A stretch of 64,000 nt of DNA from Acidobacteriota bacterium (GTDB lineage Bacteria; Acidobacteriota; Terriglobia; Bryobacterales; UBA6623), in contig WGMB01000001.1 in assembly GCA_016125275.1 (NCBI GenBank), positions 26,079 through 90,078 of the forward strand, given 5' to 3'. Under the pieces are notes generated by a model. That model was given only the letters and a program-made list of their open reading frames with translations, made no database searches and had not been told where the DNA came from. Both the position numbers and the translations under genes were made by a program. Each line of letters opens with the position of its first letter. The first letter of the stretch is position 1. Shown in pieces: positions 19,075-29,638 of the stretch.

Positions 19075-21008
19075 CCGGCGTCGTCATTCGCGCCCGAGGG
19101 CTGACGAAGGTCTACGATCGGGGGACCAAACAGGAGCTTTGCGCCCTCGACGCGGTCGATTTCGAGATCCGCAAGGGCGAAATCTTCGGCTTGATCGGCG
19201 CGGACGGGGCGGGCAAATCCACCTGCTTCAAGATTCTGGCCGGCGTGCTGGAGCCGACCGCAGGCGAGGTCGAGGTGCTGTTCCGTTCGCCGCGCGAGAG
19301 CCGCCAGCGGGTGGGCTACGTCACCCAGCCGTTCTCGTTGTATGAGGACCTGAGCGTGGCCGAGAACCTGCGCTATGCCGCCGGCCTGCGCGAGGTGGAC
19401 GAGGAGGCCTTTGCGGAGCGCAGCCGGCGTTACCTGGAAGCCTTTGACATGAAGGCCTTTACGGACCGGCTGGCGGGTCGGCTCTCCGGCGGGATGAAGC
19501 AGAAGCTGGCGCTGTCGTGCGCGTTGATCGCCGACCCGGCCGTGTTGCTGCTGGACGAGCCGACGACGGGCGTCGATCCGGTGAGCCGCAGGGATTTCTG
19601 GGACGCTCTGGGCGGGCTGGCCGACCGCGGCATGACGATCGTGGTGGCGACGCCGTACCTCGACGAGGCCGAGCGCTGCACGCGGATCGCCTGCATGGAG
19701 AACGGCAAGATCCTGGCGCAGTATCCGCCGGCGGAGTTCGTCTCACGGATGGCTCTGACCCGGCTGGAGATCCGCACCTGCGACCTGCAGCGCGCCGAGG
19801 AGATGCTGGAACGCCACGAGCGGGACGGCATTCTGGCGGATGTGCAGCGATTCGGCGACCGGCTGGACGTGCTGGTCTCCGACCCTGTCGCCGACCGCGA
19901 CCGCATCCTCGAAGCGCTGGAGGCGGAGGAGCTGAAGCCGGAGGTGCTGCGGTCCGGCGATCCGACGCTCGAAAACGCCTTTGTTGCGACGTTGCGGTCG
20001 AAACGCGGTCCCGAGTCGCACGCGCACTTTCCGGACAGGGCGACGGCGCCGGCCGAGCGCTGCGGCGAGCTGGCTCTGGGAACCAAGGGCCTCGTCAAAC
20101 GATTCGGCTCGTTCACGGCCGTCAAAGGGCTGGACCTCGAGATCCGCCACGGCGAGATCTACGGCTTGCTGGGGGCCAACGGGGCGGGGAAGACCACGGC
20201 GATCAAGATGATTTGCGGGCTGGTGCAGCCGAGCTCCGGCGAAATCAGCCTGTTGGGCCGCACCAAAGGCTTTCGGACGGCCGCGGTGCGCTCGCGCATC
20301 GGCTACAAGTCCCAGAAATTCACGCTGTATGACGACTTGACGATCGGCGAGAACCTGGACTTCTACGCCGCCATGTACGACGTGCCGCCCAAGCTGTGCC
20401 GGGCTCGCAAGGACTGGGCGCTCGAGGTTTCGGGCCTGCGCGGCGAGGAAGGCATGCTCACCGGGCGGCTGCCGGATGGCTGGAAACAGCGGGTGGCCTT
20501 CGGCGCGGCGGTGATGCACCAGCCCGACATCGTGTTTTTGGACGAGCCGACCTCCGGCGTCGACGCGCTGGCTCGCCGGGCCATGTGGCGGATGATCAAC
20601 GAGCTGGCCGACAACGGGGCGGCCGTGTTGGTGGTGACGCACTATCTGGAAGAGGCCGAGCAGTGCAACCGCATCGGCTTTATGGCGGCGGGGGACATGG
20701 TCGCGGAGGGCTCCCCGAGTGAGCTGGAGAAGCACATGCCGGGCGTGCTGCTGGAGGTGCGGGCCGCGAACGTGGCGGCCTCGCTGGGGGCCTTCCGGCA
20801 GGCTCTGGGCCGCGACCGCGTGACGCAGTTCGGCGAGCGGCTGCACGTGCAGGCCCCCGACGTCGGCGCCGGGGAACGCGAGATCCAAGCGATCGCCGAG
20901 GCCCAGAGCCTCGAGCTGCGGTCGATCGAGCCGATCCCGTTCAGCCTGGAGGACGTTTTCCTGGCGCTGATCGAGCGCCGTCGCGCCGCCTCCGACAAGG
21001 CGGCCTGA
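19071..21008 (+). CDS. ABC transporter with two ATP-binding domains (YbhF-like)
   Basis: GADGAGKS / LSGGMKQK / LLLDEPT and GANGAGKT / LPDGWKQR / VFLDEPT. The real start is ATG 19071, overlapping the HlyD stop. Confidence 0.92.
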   Translation: MTGVVIRARGLTKVYDRGTKQELCALDAVDFEIRKGEIFGLIGADGAGKSTCFKILAGVLEPTAGEVEVLFRSPRESRQRVGYVTQPFSLYEDLSVAENLRYAAGLREVDEEAFAERSRRYLEAFDMKAFTDRLAGRLSGGMKQKLALSCALIADPAVLLLDEPTTGVDPVSRRDFWDALGGLADRGMTIVVATPYLDEAERCTRIACMENGKILAQYPPAEFVSRMALTRLEIRTCDLQRAEEMLERHERDGILADVQRFGDRLDVLVSDPVADRDRILEALEAEELKPEVLRSGDPTLENAFVATLRSKRGPESHAHFPDRATAPAERCGELALGTKGLVKRFGSFTAVKGLDLEIRHGEIYGLLGANGAGKTTAIKMICGLVQPSSGEISLLGRTKGFRTAAVRSRIGYKSQKFTLYDDLTIGENLDFYAAMYDVPPKLCRARKDWALEVSGLRGEEGMLTGRLPDGWKQRVAFGAAVMHQPDIVFLDEPTSGVDALARRAMWRMINELADNGAAVLVVTHYLEEAEQCNRIGFMAAGDMVAEGSPSELEKHMPGVLLEVRAANVAASLGAFRQALGRDRVTQFGERLHVQAPDVGAGEREIQAIAEAQSLELRSIEPIPFSLEDVFLALIERRRAASDKAA

Positions 21009-21014
21009 GGTCGG

Positions 21015-22118
21015 ATGCAGCGAATTCTGGCGCAGTCGGGCAAGGAGTGGAAGCAGTTCCGCAGGGATCCGCTATCGATGTGGCTGGCCGTGCTGATGCC
21101 GGTGGTGATGGTGTTGCTGTTCGGCTACACCTTGTCGCTGGACCCGGACGGGTTGCGGCTGGTGATTCGCGATCTGGACAACTCGGCGCTGAGCCGGCGC
21201 TATGTGGAGACCTACATCGGCGCCGCGGACTTCCAGCTCATCGCCTGGGACAGCGAGCTGGCGGTCGAGCAGGCTCTGGAGACGGGAGCGGCCGAGATGG
21301 TCTTGCTGATTCCGCCGCACTTCGGGCGGGATCTGCTGGCCGGGCGGCCGGCGCAGGCTCAGGCGCTGATCGACGGCGCCGACGCGAATACGGCGCTGAT
21401 TCTGCGGCAGACGGCTTCGGCGCTGAATGCGTCGTTCCTGGCGCGGGAGAACCCGGCCCTGGCTCCGCCGGTGCGGGCCCGCATCCGCTACTGGTACAAC
21501 CCCGGCCTCTCCGACCGGCGCTTCTTCGGGACCGGCGCGCTGGGGATGGTGCTGATCTTCTTTCCGGCCCTGCTGGGCGCCATCGCAGCTTCGCGCGAGC
21601 ATGAGCTGGGGACGGTGATTCAGGCCTACGCCTCCACATTGACGCCGGCGGAATGGGTGATCGGCACGGCGCTGCCGTACGTGGCGGTCGGCTGCGTGGA
21701 GCTAGTGTGCGGCTATCTTTCGGGGGCGGTGGCGTTCGGTTACGACCTGCCGCCGGACCCCACGGCGTTCTTGGCGGCTTCGGTGGGCTACATCGCCATC
21801 GGCGTGCTGTTCGGCATGTGGGTGGGGCACGCGACGCGGTCGCAGAGCATCAGCATTCAGGCGGTGCAGTTGGGCGTGTTCCTGCTGTCGCTGCTGCTGT
21901 CGGGCTTCTTGGCGCCGCTCGAGAACATCCCGAAGGCCATCCGCTGGCTGTCGTACTTCATTCCGGCACGCTACTACGTGGAGGTAGTGCGCGACGCTCT
22001 GCTGCGGCAAGGCGGCTGGCGGACCAACGGCCTGGACGTGGTGATTCTGCTGGGGCTGGCGATGTTGGGCTTTTGGGGCGTGTGGTCGCAGGTGCGAAGG
22101 ATGCGGTTTCCGGACTAG
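21015..22118 (+). CDS. ABC-2 type permease (YbhS-like)
   Basis: KEWKQFRRD, WYNPGL, REHELGT and LLSGFLAPLENIP motifs. Confidence 0.9.
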   Translation: MQRILAQSGKEWKQFRRDPLSMWLAVLMPVVMVLLFGYTLSLDPDGLRLVIRDLDNSALSRRYVETYIGAADFQLIAWDSELAVEQALETGAAEMVLLIPPHFGRDLLAGRPAQAQALIDGADANTALILRQTASALNASFLARENPALAPPVRARIRYWYNPGLSDRRFFGTGALGMVLIFFPALLGAIAASREHELGTVIQAYASTLTPAEWVIGTALPYVAVGCVELVCGYLSGAVAFGYDLPPDPTAFLAASVGYIAIGVLFGMWVGHATRSQSISIQAVQLGVFLLSLLLSGFLAPLENIPKAIRWLSYFIPARYYVEVVRDALLRQGGWRTNGLDVVILLGLAMLGFWGVWSQVRRMRFPD

Positions 22119-23261
22119 ATGACGCGCTTTCTACGCCGCTATTGGGCTTTGACCCGTAAGGAGCTGCACCAGCTCCGGCGGGCGCCCAAGCTCGTCTTCC
22201 AGTTGACGATTCCGCCGACGCTGCTGCTGGTGATGTGGGGCTACGCCCTCAATCCCGAGGTCAAGAACCTGCGGACGGCCGTGATGGACGCCGACCGTAC
22301 GCCGGCCAGCCGCGAGATCCTGGCGATGCTGACCGAGCTGGAGGCCTTCCAGGTGAAGGCCAATTACCTGTCGACGACGGATCTCGAGAAGGCCTTCGAG
22401 GACCGTTCGATCGACGTGGGCATTCTGGTTCCGCCGGGGTTTGCACGTGATCTGCAAGCGGGACGTCCGGCGGAGCTGCAGGTGATCATCGACGGCGTGG
22501 TGGCGAACTCGGCGGCGGTGGCGGGCGGCTATCTACTGCGCGCCGTGGCTGATCACAACGAGAAGCTGCTGCGAAGGCGACTGCCGGTGACGCTCGAGGC
22601 GGGGCTCCCGCGGCTGGGACGCAGCGAGATTCGGGCGATCGCGATGTTCAACCCGGGCATGGTCTTCTCGTGGTTCTACGTGACGGCAATCATGGGCGTG
22701 GTGCTGTTCGTGGACGGCTCGCTGGTGGCTTCGGCGATTGCGGTGCGCGAGAAAGAGGTGGGCACGATCGAGCAGTTGCTGATGAGCCCGGCGCAGTCGC
22801 TGGAGATCCTGCTGGCGAAGACGACGCCGGTGCTGTCGCTGCTGGTGCTGGGCCTGATGGTCTCCACCTACACGGCGCACCTGGTGTTTGGGCTGCCGCT
22901 GCGAGGGTCGTTCGGGCTGTACCTGCTGGCCGGGGTGGTGGCCGGCTTCGCGGCGATGGGTTTGGGGATTCTGCTGGCCACCTATTCGAGCAACCAGCAG
23001 CAGGCGCAGTTGCTGACGTTCTTCATCAACCCCTTCGTGATGCTGTGCTCTGGGGCCTTTGCGCGCATCGAGAACATGCCGCGCATCTTCCAGTGGGCTT
23101 CGATGATCGACCCCTTGCGGTACCTGGTGGAGATCATCCGCGGCCTGACCGTGAAGGGCGCGGACCTGGAGCTGCTGTGGCGGCCGATGGGGGCGCTGAC
23201 GCTGCTGACGATCGCGCTCTACGGGCTGAGCGTGTGGCGGTTCCGGCGGCAGCTCAACTAG
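22119..23261 (+). CDS. ABC-2 type permease (YbhR-like)
   Basis: KELHQLRR, FNPGM, REKEVGTIEQLLMSP, ENMP and PLRY motifs. Confidence 0.9.
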   Translation: MTRFLRRYWALTRKELHQLRRAPKLVFQLTIPPTLLLVMWGYALNPEVKNLRTAVMDADRTPASREILAMLTELEAFQVKANYLSTTDLEKAFEDRSIDVGILVPPGFARDLQAGRPAELQVIIDGVVANSAAVAGGYLLRAVADHNEKLLRRRLPVTLEAGLPRLGRSEIRAIAMFNPGMVFSWFYVTAIMGVVLFVDGSLVASAIAVREKEVGTIEQLLMSPAQSLEILLAKTTPVLSLLVLGLMVSTYTAHLVFGLPLRGSFGLYLLAGVVAGFAAMGLGILLATYSSNQQQAQLLTFFINPFVMLCSGAFARIENMPRIFQWASMIDPLRYLVEIIRGLTVKGADLELLWRPMGALTLLTIALYGLSVWRFRRQLN

Positions 23262-23270
23262 CGCCGCCGG

Positions 23271-25940
23271 TTAGCGCACGGTGAAGAACTCGCCGGCCGC
23301 CAGCAGCATCTGGGCGTACTCGGGCCAGTCCGCGGTCGCCAGAAAGTCGCGGGCCAGGCCGAGCTCGGCTTCGCTGGGCGGCCGGCCGTAGGCCAGCGCG
23401 TAGGCCCGGCGGACCCGCGCGTCGGGGTCGTCGCCGGCCTCGGCCGCAACCCGTTCGGACAGCGCCCGCGCCTGCTCCATGACGAAGGGGCTGTTCATGA
23501 ACCACAGCCGCTGCAAGGGGCCGACGGTGACGCTGCGCTCTTCGGAGTGGCTCTTGGGGTCGGGAAAGTCGAACAGCGTCAGGGTGCGGTCCGGAGTGGT
23601 GCGGCTGATCTTGCCGTAGACCGCGCGTCCGGCGAAGTCATCCGTCATCGCCTTGCCGGGGCCGCCGGCGTCCAGGTCGAGCTTGCCGCTCACAGCCAGC
23701 AGCGAGTCGCGCAACACCTCGGCCTCCATGCGCTCCACCAGGTTCATCCGCCACAGGCGGAGGTTCTCCGGGTCCTTCTCGTCGTTGGCCGCCACGCGCT
23801 CGGAGCTGCGGCGATAGGCGGCCGAGAGCAGGATCAGACGGTCCATTTGCTTGACCGACCAGCCGCTTTCGACGAAGCGCGAGGCCAGCCAATCCAGCAG
23901 CAGGGGGTGCGTGGGGCGTTCGCCGAGCTGCCCGAAGTTACTGGGGCTGTTGACGATGCCGCGGCCGAAGCGCCGTTGCCAGATGCGGTTGACCATCACC
24001 CGCGCGGTCAGCGGGTTTTGGGGCGAGGCGATGGCCTGGGCGAGCTCCAGCCGGCCGCTGCCGTGCGTAAAGTTTTCGGGCTCGTCGTCGCTGAGGATCG
24101 CCAAGAAGCGCCGGGGGGCCACCGCGCCGGGGTTCTGTTTGTCGCCCCGGATGGCGATGTGAATGTCCTTGGGCTTGGCGGCGTCGGTATAGGCGTGCAG
24201 GAAGGGATAGGGCTTGGGCGAGGCCTTTTCGAGGTCGGCGAGCTCGGCCCGCAGCTGCTCGGCGCGCTCCAGGAAGACCCCTGACAGGAAGCGGTCGAGC
24301 TTGGCGCCGCTGTAGTAGTAGAGGCCGCCGTCAAAGGGGTAGCCGTCCTTGCGGAAGGCGCCGGCGGCGAGATCGCGCCACAGGTACCACTTGACCGGTT
24401 CGATGAACTCGAGGTTGGTGTTGAGCAGCGTCTTCTGGTCTTTGACGCCGTCCTTGCCGCCGAGCTTTACGTAGTTGCGATCGTCGATGGCCCGCTTCTC
24501 TTCGTGGATCGCGAGCAAGGTCTTCTCGAAGCTCTCGGCGGCGGCGCGCACCTGCTCGGGCTCGGCGCGGTCGGCCGCCCACAGCGCTCGCCACTCGTCG
24601 AGGTAGGGGTGCTCCAGCTCCGGGGAATTCAGGTAGGCGATCCAACGCTCCAGCGTCTCGCTGTCCACCGACCAGGCCTCGGCGGCCTCGGCGACCGAGG
24701 CTCCGCCGCGCTCGGCCTGCCAAGCGGCCTGCAGGTAGGCGTCGGTGCGCTCCATCATGGCGTCGATGAGTTGGTCGCTCTGACTCTCCAGGTAGTCGTC
24801 GAGGGTGCGCTTCTTGTGGCTCACCAGCTTCTGGGCGGCCTTGTAGCGGCGGACCTGGGCGTCGGGCGCCAGCGGGATCTCACGCGGCGTGGAGCTGTCG
24901 AAGATCCCCTGCAGGGAGTAGAAGTCGCTTTGCGGGATGGGGTCGAACTTGTGGTCGTGACATTGGGCGCAGCCCACCGTCAGGCCCAGGAATACCCGGC
25001 TGGTGACGTCCACACGGTCGTCGTCGCGATCCCGCAGCGCGTGGAAGCCCAGACCCGGAAGTAGGCGGTCGCAGTCTTCGCCCTGGAGCAGGTCGGCGGC
25101 CAGTTGCGCCTTCACGAACACGTCGTAGGGCATGTCCTGGTTGAAGGCCTGAATCACCCAGTCGCGGTAGCGCCAGGCATTGGCCAAAGGCGTATCGGTC
25201 TGGGCCGCGGACTGGCCGTCTCCGTAGCGGGCCAGGTCGAACCAGAAGCGCGCCCAGCGCTCGCCGTAGCGCGGCGAGGCCAGCAAGCGGTCCACGACCT
25301 TCTCCCAGGCGTCGGGGGACTGGTCGGCGACGAAGGCTTCCACTTCCTCCGGCGTGGGCGGCAGTCCGTGCAGGTCGAGCGTGGCGCGGCGGATTAGCGT
25401 ACGGCGGTCCGCGGCGGGCGCCAGGGCCAGGCCGTCGGCCTCGATGCGCGCTTGGAGAAAGCGGTCGAGCGTGGTGGGGGCGGCGGCTTGGTCCTTTACG
25501 GGCGGCGGCGCCGGATCGCCGATCGGCTGGAACGACCAGAACCGGCGGGCTTCCGGCGCGATCTTTCCGGGAGGCGCTTGGCTGACCTGGGCGGCCTCCG
25601 GCCAGACGGCGCCGGCTGCGATCCAGGCTTCGAGCGCCGCGACGGCTTCGGCCGGCAGGGGCTCGGTGGGCGGCATCGCCAAGTCCTTGCTCTCCCTTCG
25701 GACGGCCCGCAGCAGCAAGCTCTGGTCCGGCTCGCCCGGCGCGATGGCCGGGCCGCGGCCGCCTCCGGCCAGCATGGCGTCACGCGAATCCAAGCGCAGG
25801 CCGCCCATCTTGGCGTCGGTATGGCAGGCGAAACACTTGGCGGCCAGCAGGGGCCGGACGCGGTTCTCGAACAGGTCGGAGCCGTCGGGAGCCGCCGGCA
25901 GAGCCGCAGCGGCGAGCAGGAGAAGGAACGGCAGGCGCAT
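23271..25940 (-). CDS. PSD1/planctomycete cytochrome c domain protein (PSCyt1-DUF1549-DUF1553)
   Basis: Signal peptide; heme motifs CFACH and CAQCHDHKFDP; LLASPRYGERWA; NPLTARVMVNRIW; PTHPLLLDWLA. Confidence 0.92.
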   Translation of the reverse strand: MRLPFLLLLAAAALPAAPDGSDLFENRVRPLLAAKCFACHTDAKMGGLRLDSRDAMLAGGGRGPAIAPGEPDQSLLLRAVRRESKDLAMPPTEPLPAEAVAALEAWIAAGAVWPEAAQVSQAPPGKIAPEARRFWSFQPIGDPAPPPVKDQAAAPTTLDRFLQARIEADGLALAPAADRRTLIRRATLDLHGLPPTPEEVEAFVADQSPDAWEKVVDRLLASPRYGERWARFWFDLARYGDGQSAAQTDTPLANAWRYRDWVIQAFNQDMPYDVFVKAQLAADLLQGEDCDRLLPGLGFHALRDRDDDRVDVTSRVFLGLTVGCAQCHDHKFDPIPQSDFYSLQGIFDSSTPREIPLAPDAQVRRYKAAQKLVSHKKRTLDDYLESQSDQLIDAMMERTDAYLQAAWQAERGGASVAEAAEAWSVDSETLERWIAYLNSPELEHPYLDEWRALWAADRAEPEQVRAAAESFEKTLLAIHEEKRAIDDRNYVKLGGKDGVKDQKTLLNTNLEFIEPVKWYLWRDLAAGAFRKDGYPFDGGLYYYSGAKLDRFLSGVFLERAEQLRAELADLEKASPKPYPFLHAYTDAAKPKDIHIAIRGDKQNPGAVAPRRFLAILSDDEPENFTHGSGRLELAQAIASPQNPLTARVMVNRIWQRRFGRGIVNSPSNFGQLGERPTHPLLLDWLASRFVESGWSVKQMDRLILLSAAYRRSSERVAANDEKDPENLRLWRMNLVERMEAEVLRDSLLAVSGKLDLDAGGPGKAMTDDFAGRAVYGKISRTTPDRTLTLFDFPDPKSHSEERSVTVGPLQRLWFMNSPFVMEQARALSERVAAEAGDDPDARVRRAYALAYGRPPSEAELGLARDFLATADWPEYAQMLLAAGEFFTVR

Positions 25941-26057
25941 GGGCAGGCGGCTCACGATTTCGCCCACCACTATAGGAGGGCCCCCGGGCGAGGTCAATCG
26001 AGTGGCGGTCGCGCGGGGCGGGCGTTGCTATGCTGGGACGAACGAGGACCGAGAGGT

Positions 26058-26504
26058 ATGAGCTTTGCACCCGGCGGCTGCGCCACCTACGACGACGTCA
26101 ATCTGATCCTGCGCTTGTACGAAATGCGCCGCGAAACCCGCTTGCGCGACGCGCGCCGCTGGTTTGTCGCGCATTTCCGCGCCAAGACCGTCGAGGAGTT
26201 TCAGGCCCTGTGCCCGGCCGGCTCCGAGACCAATGAGTCGTTCCGGATGGTGGTGAGCTACTGGGACATGGTGGGGTCGTTCATCACGGCCGGCGTGCTG
26301 CAGAAGGAGCTGTTCTTCGAGAGCAACCGCGAGATGCTGCTGGTGTGGGAGCGCCTCCGCGACCTCATCCCGGCCTATCGCGAAATGAACAAAGACCCCA
26401 AGAGCTTCAGCAATCTGGAAAGCGTCTGCGAGGATTTCGCCAAATGGGTGGAGCGGCGCGGGCCGGAGGCGTACCCGGCTTTTGTGAAGCGCGTTCGCGG
26501 CTGA
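26058..26504 (+). CDS. Conserved hypothetical protein (DUF4760-like)
   Basis: SD GAGG before ATG 26058; LILRLYEMRRE..LR.AR.WF and VVSYWDMVGSF motifs; good codon usage. Confidence 0.65.
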   Translation: MSFAPGGCATYDDVNLILRLYEMRRETRLRDARRWFVAHFRAKTVEEFQALCPAGSETNESFRMVVSYWDMVGSFITAGVLQKELFFESNREMLLVWERLRDLIPAYREMNKDPKSFSNLESVCEDFAKWVERRGPEAYPAFVKRVRG

Positions 26505-26603
26505 ACCGGATCGGGGCGATTGGGCTCTCTGCTAGGATGAATTTCGTGGGGAAACGTACTCCTTCCTGGAGACGCCCATGAGGCCTTCCCCTTTCCTGGA
26601 CAT

Positions 26604-27170
26604 ATGGTGAAAGAGCAAGAAGAACCCACGCCATCCGAGGGCGCCCAGGCTCCGAATATGGCTCCCTCCACCGACCCCGATCATCAGATCGACGCGGGCG
26701 ATCCCTCTGAATTGCAGCGCCTCGTAGAAGAGCGCGACCGGGCCGTCTCCGAGAAGGCCGAGCTCATCGACCGCTACCAGCGGGCGCAGGCGGAGTTCGA
26801 AAACGCCCGCCGCCGCATGCAGCGCGAGCAGGAGGAGAGCCGCGAGTACGCCGCCGCCGGCGTGGTCGAAGCCCTGCTGCCGACGCTCGACGACTTCGAG
26901 CGAGCGCTGCAGGCCGACAGCGTCGACCCGGAATTGCAGAAGGGCGTGGAGCTGATTCACTCCCGCCTTTGCGATATCCTCAAGCGGTTCGGCCTCGAGC
27001 CCATCGAAGCCGGCGAGTATTTTGACCCCAACCTGCACCAAGCCGTGGACCGCGCGCCGACGGAGGATGACGCCGAGGATCAGCGCATTCTCGAGGTCTA
27101 TCGCAAGGGCTATCGTTTCAAGGACCGTCTGCTGCGCGCCGCGATGGTCAAGGTAGCGGTGAAGGAATGA
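26604..27170 (+). CDS. grpE: Nucleotide exchange factor GrpE
   Basis: [46 protein letters not shown]. Confidence 0.96.
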   Translation: MVKEQEEPTPSEGAQAPNMAPSTDPDHQIDAGDPSELQRLVEERDRAVSEKAELIDRYQRAQAEFENARRRMQREQEESREYAAAGVVEALLPTLDDFERALQADSVDPELQKGVELIHSRLCDILKRFGLEPIEAGEYFDPNLHQAVDRAPTEDDAEDQRILEVYRKGYRFKDRLLRAAMVKVAVKE

Positions 27171-28309
27171 GCGCCGGCGTGAGCAAACGCGACTATTACG
27201 AAGTACTGGGAGTCGAGCGAAACGCTTCGGCCGACGTGATCAAGAGCGCCTACCGCAAGTTGGCGCTGCAGTATCACCCCGACCGCAACCCCGGCGATCA
27301 CGCGGCGGAAGAGAAGTTCAAGGAAGCCGCCGAAGCCTACGCAGCCCTGGGCGACCCCGCCAAGCGGCAGCAGTACGACCGGTTCGGCCATGCGGGCATG
27401 ACCGGGGCGGGGCAGGGCGGCTTCAACCCGGCCGACTTTCAAGACTTCGCCGACGTGTTCGGCGACTTTTTTGGGTTCGGCGACCTGTTCGGCGGCGCCG
27501 GTCGCGGCGGCGGCGGTCGTGGCCGCGCGCGGGCGCGGCGCGGCGCGGACTTGCAGTACGAGCTGGAGATCGACTTCGAGGACGCCGTCTTCGGCATGTC
27601 GACCGAGATCCAGTATCCGCGCACGGAGACCTGCGAAGTCTGCCAGGGTTCCGGCGCCAAAGCCGGCTCCAAGCCGCGCGCCTGCCAGACCTGCGGCGGA
27701 CGCGGGCAGGTGTACTTTCAGCGCGGATTCTTCTCGGTGGCGCAGACCTGCTCGACCTGCCGCGGCGAGGGCCGCGTGGTCGACGACCCCTGCGACGCCT
27801 GCCATGGCCAGGGGACCAAGCGCAGCAATCGCCGGCTGAAGGTGAACATCCCGCCGGGCGTCGACAGCGGCGTGCGGTTGCGGCTGTCCAACGAGGGCGA
27901 AGCCGGCGCGGCCGGCGGACCTCCCGGCGACCTCTACGTGCTGATCCGGGTGCGCGAGCACGAGGTCTTCCACCGTGAGGAGAACGACCTGCACTGCGAG
28001 ATTCCGGTGAACGTGGCGCGGGCGGCGCTGGGCGACGAGATCAAGGTGCCGTCGCTCGAAGGCGAGCAGAGCCTGAAGATCAACGCCGGCGTGCAGAGCG
28101 GCAGCCGCTTCCGGATCAAGGGCAAGGGCGTGCCGGACGTGAACAGCGGCCGTCGCGGCGACCTGATCGTTCACATCAAAGTCGTGACGCCGGAGAAGCT
28201 CACCAAGGAGCAGCGCAAGCACTTCGAAGCGCTGCGCGACCTGCTGCCGGCGGACCACAAGCCCAGTGAAAAGGGGTTCCTCGAGCGCTTCAAGGAATTC
28301 TTCGTCTAA
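27167..28309 (+). CDS. dnaJ: Molecular chaperone DnaJ
   Basis: J-domain with HPD, G/F-rich region, four CxxCxGxG zinc-finger repeats, C-terminal domain. Confidence 0.97.
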   Translation: MSAGVSKRDYYEVLGVERNASADVIKSAYRKLALQYHPDRNPGDHAAEEKFKEAAEAYAALGDPAKRQQYDRFGHAGMTGAGQGGFNPADFQDFADVFGDFFGFGDLFGGAGRGGGGRGRARARRGADLQYELEIDFEDAVFGMSTEIQYPRTETCEVCQGSGAKAGSKPRACQTCGGRGQVYFQRGFFSVAQTCSTCRGEGRVVDDPCDACHGQGTKRSNRRLKVNIPPGVDSGVRLRLSNEGEAGAAGGPPGDLYVLIRVREHEVFHREENDLHCEIPVNVARAALGDEIKVPSLEGEQSLKINAGVQSGSRFRIKGKGVPDVNSGRRGDLIVHIKVVTPEKLTKEQRKHFEALRDLLPADHKPSEKGFLERFKEFFV

Positions 28310-28316
28310 CCGGACG

Positions 28317-28336
28317 GCCGGACGGGAGCGTCCGGC
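28317..28336. terminator. GC-rich hairpin between convergent genes (possible terminator)
   Basis: GCCGGACG-GGAG-CGTCCGGC, an 8-bp perfect stem between the dnaJ stop and the oxidoreductase stop. No clear U-tract. Confidence 0.35.
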
Positions 28337-29419
28337 TCAAATCTTCACGACTCGTCCGGCGTCGGCGGCTTCGCGCGACCGCAACACGATCTCAGTGACC
28401 CGGAACAGCTCGGCCTGGGTCAGCATCGGCGTGGTCTTGTTGTAGACCGAGTCGAGGAAGTTCGCGAACAGCGACGGCGCCTGCGGCCGGTCCTCCACCT
28501 CATGGAGCGGCTTCTTGTCGGTCATCAGCGTGACCTTACCGCCCATGTACTCAACGACACCGTCGGTGCCCGCGACTCTCAGTCGGTCGTCGCCGTGGCT
28601 CGTGCCGGCTTCGGGACGCAGGTAGTCCAGGCGCACGTCGGCCGTGCCGCCATTGTCGAGCTGGTAGCAGATGGCGGCGGTGTTCTCCATCTCCTTCACT
28701 TGCGGAAAGCCCACGTTGCCGTGGAACGCGGCCGTGGCGACCATGTCGCGTCCGCTGACGAAGCGCAGCAGGTCGACGGTGTGGCAGGCGATGTAGGGGA
28801 TCGTGCCGCCGAAGCGCTCACGCTCCATCATCCACTCGGGGCGCTCGCCGAGTTGGTAGGATTTCTGCCCGGAGAGCTGCACCGGCTCGCCGATCTCGCC
28901 GCGGTCGACGATCCGCTTCATCGCCAGGTATTCGGGGTCGAAGCGCATGGGCAGCAGCATGGTCAGGGGCGTCTTGGTCTTGTCGGCGACCTTGCGCACC
29001 TTGCGCATGTCCGCGATGCTGAGGGCGATGGGCTTCTCGGCGGCGGTGGGCAAGCCCTTTTCGAGGCAGGCGATGACGGATTCGGCGCGGCGCCAGTTCT
29101 GGTCGCAGATGCAGACGGCGTCGAGCTTCTCGGCGGCCAGCAGCTTGCGGTAGTCGTCGTAGCGCTTGGCCTTGGCGAGCTCGGGGTTGCCGGCGGCTCG
29201 CTTCTCCTCGCGCTCGCTGGTGATCTCGACGGCGACGATCTTGACCTGCGGATACTTCCGCGCCACGCTGACGGCCTCGCCGAAGTGCCCTTCGAGGCCG
29301 ATGACGGCGACTCGGACCTCCTTGGGCAGCTTGACGTCCGACACCGCGGCGGAGGCGGCCAGCGGCATCGCAGCCGCCCCGGCTCGCAACAGCTCTCGAC
29401 GATTCCAGCTCGTGGACAT
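28337..29419 (-). CDS. Gfo/Idh/MocA family oxidoreductase with Tat signal
   Basis: MSTSWNRRELL twin-arginine signal, VRVAVIG, AEKPIA, GGTIPYIACHTVD. Confidence 0.9.
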   Translation of the reverse strand: MSTSWNRRELLRAGAAAMPLAASAAVSDVKLPKEVRVAVIGLEGHFGEAVSVARKYPQVKIVAVEITSEREEKRAAGNPELAKAKRYDDYRKLLAAEKLDAVCICDQNWRRAESVIACLEKGLPTAAEKPIALSIADMRKVRKVADKTKTPLTMLLPMRFDPEYLAMKRIVDRGEIGEPVQLSGQKSYQLGERPEWMMERERFGGTIPYIACHTVDLLRFVSGRDMVATAAFHGNVGFPQVKEMENTAAICYQLDNGGTADVRLDYLRPEAGTSHGDDRLRVAGTDGVVEYMGGKVTLMTDKKPLHEVEDRPQAPSLFANFLDSVYNKTTPMLTQAELFRVTEIVLRSREAADAGRVVKI

Positions 29420-29638
29420 GGCCTGATTGTACGACGGCGGGCCGGCGGCCAACCGAAATTCCGGGTGTGGTGGGGGGAAACTCGCCGGCGACGCCCGGAG
29501 GGTCCTTGACGGCCTCTCCGGAGGCTGAGCCGGGGGATCGTTTGGGCCAAATCTAGGGCGTTTCGAGCATCGCTTCCCGGAACGTTGCGCTTGCGCCGGT
29601 TTGCGCCATCGGGGACACTACGGGACCGTGCGCCCCCC

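Noticed and set aside
20460-20500. Degenerate ABC signature LPDGW in the second NBD
   Set aside because: A non-LSGGQ second signature is normal in YbhF-type double ATPases.
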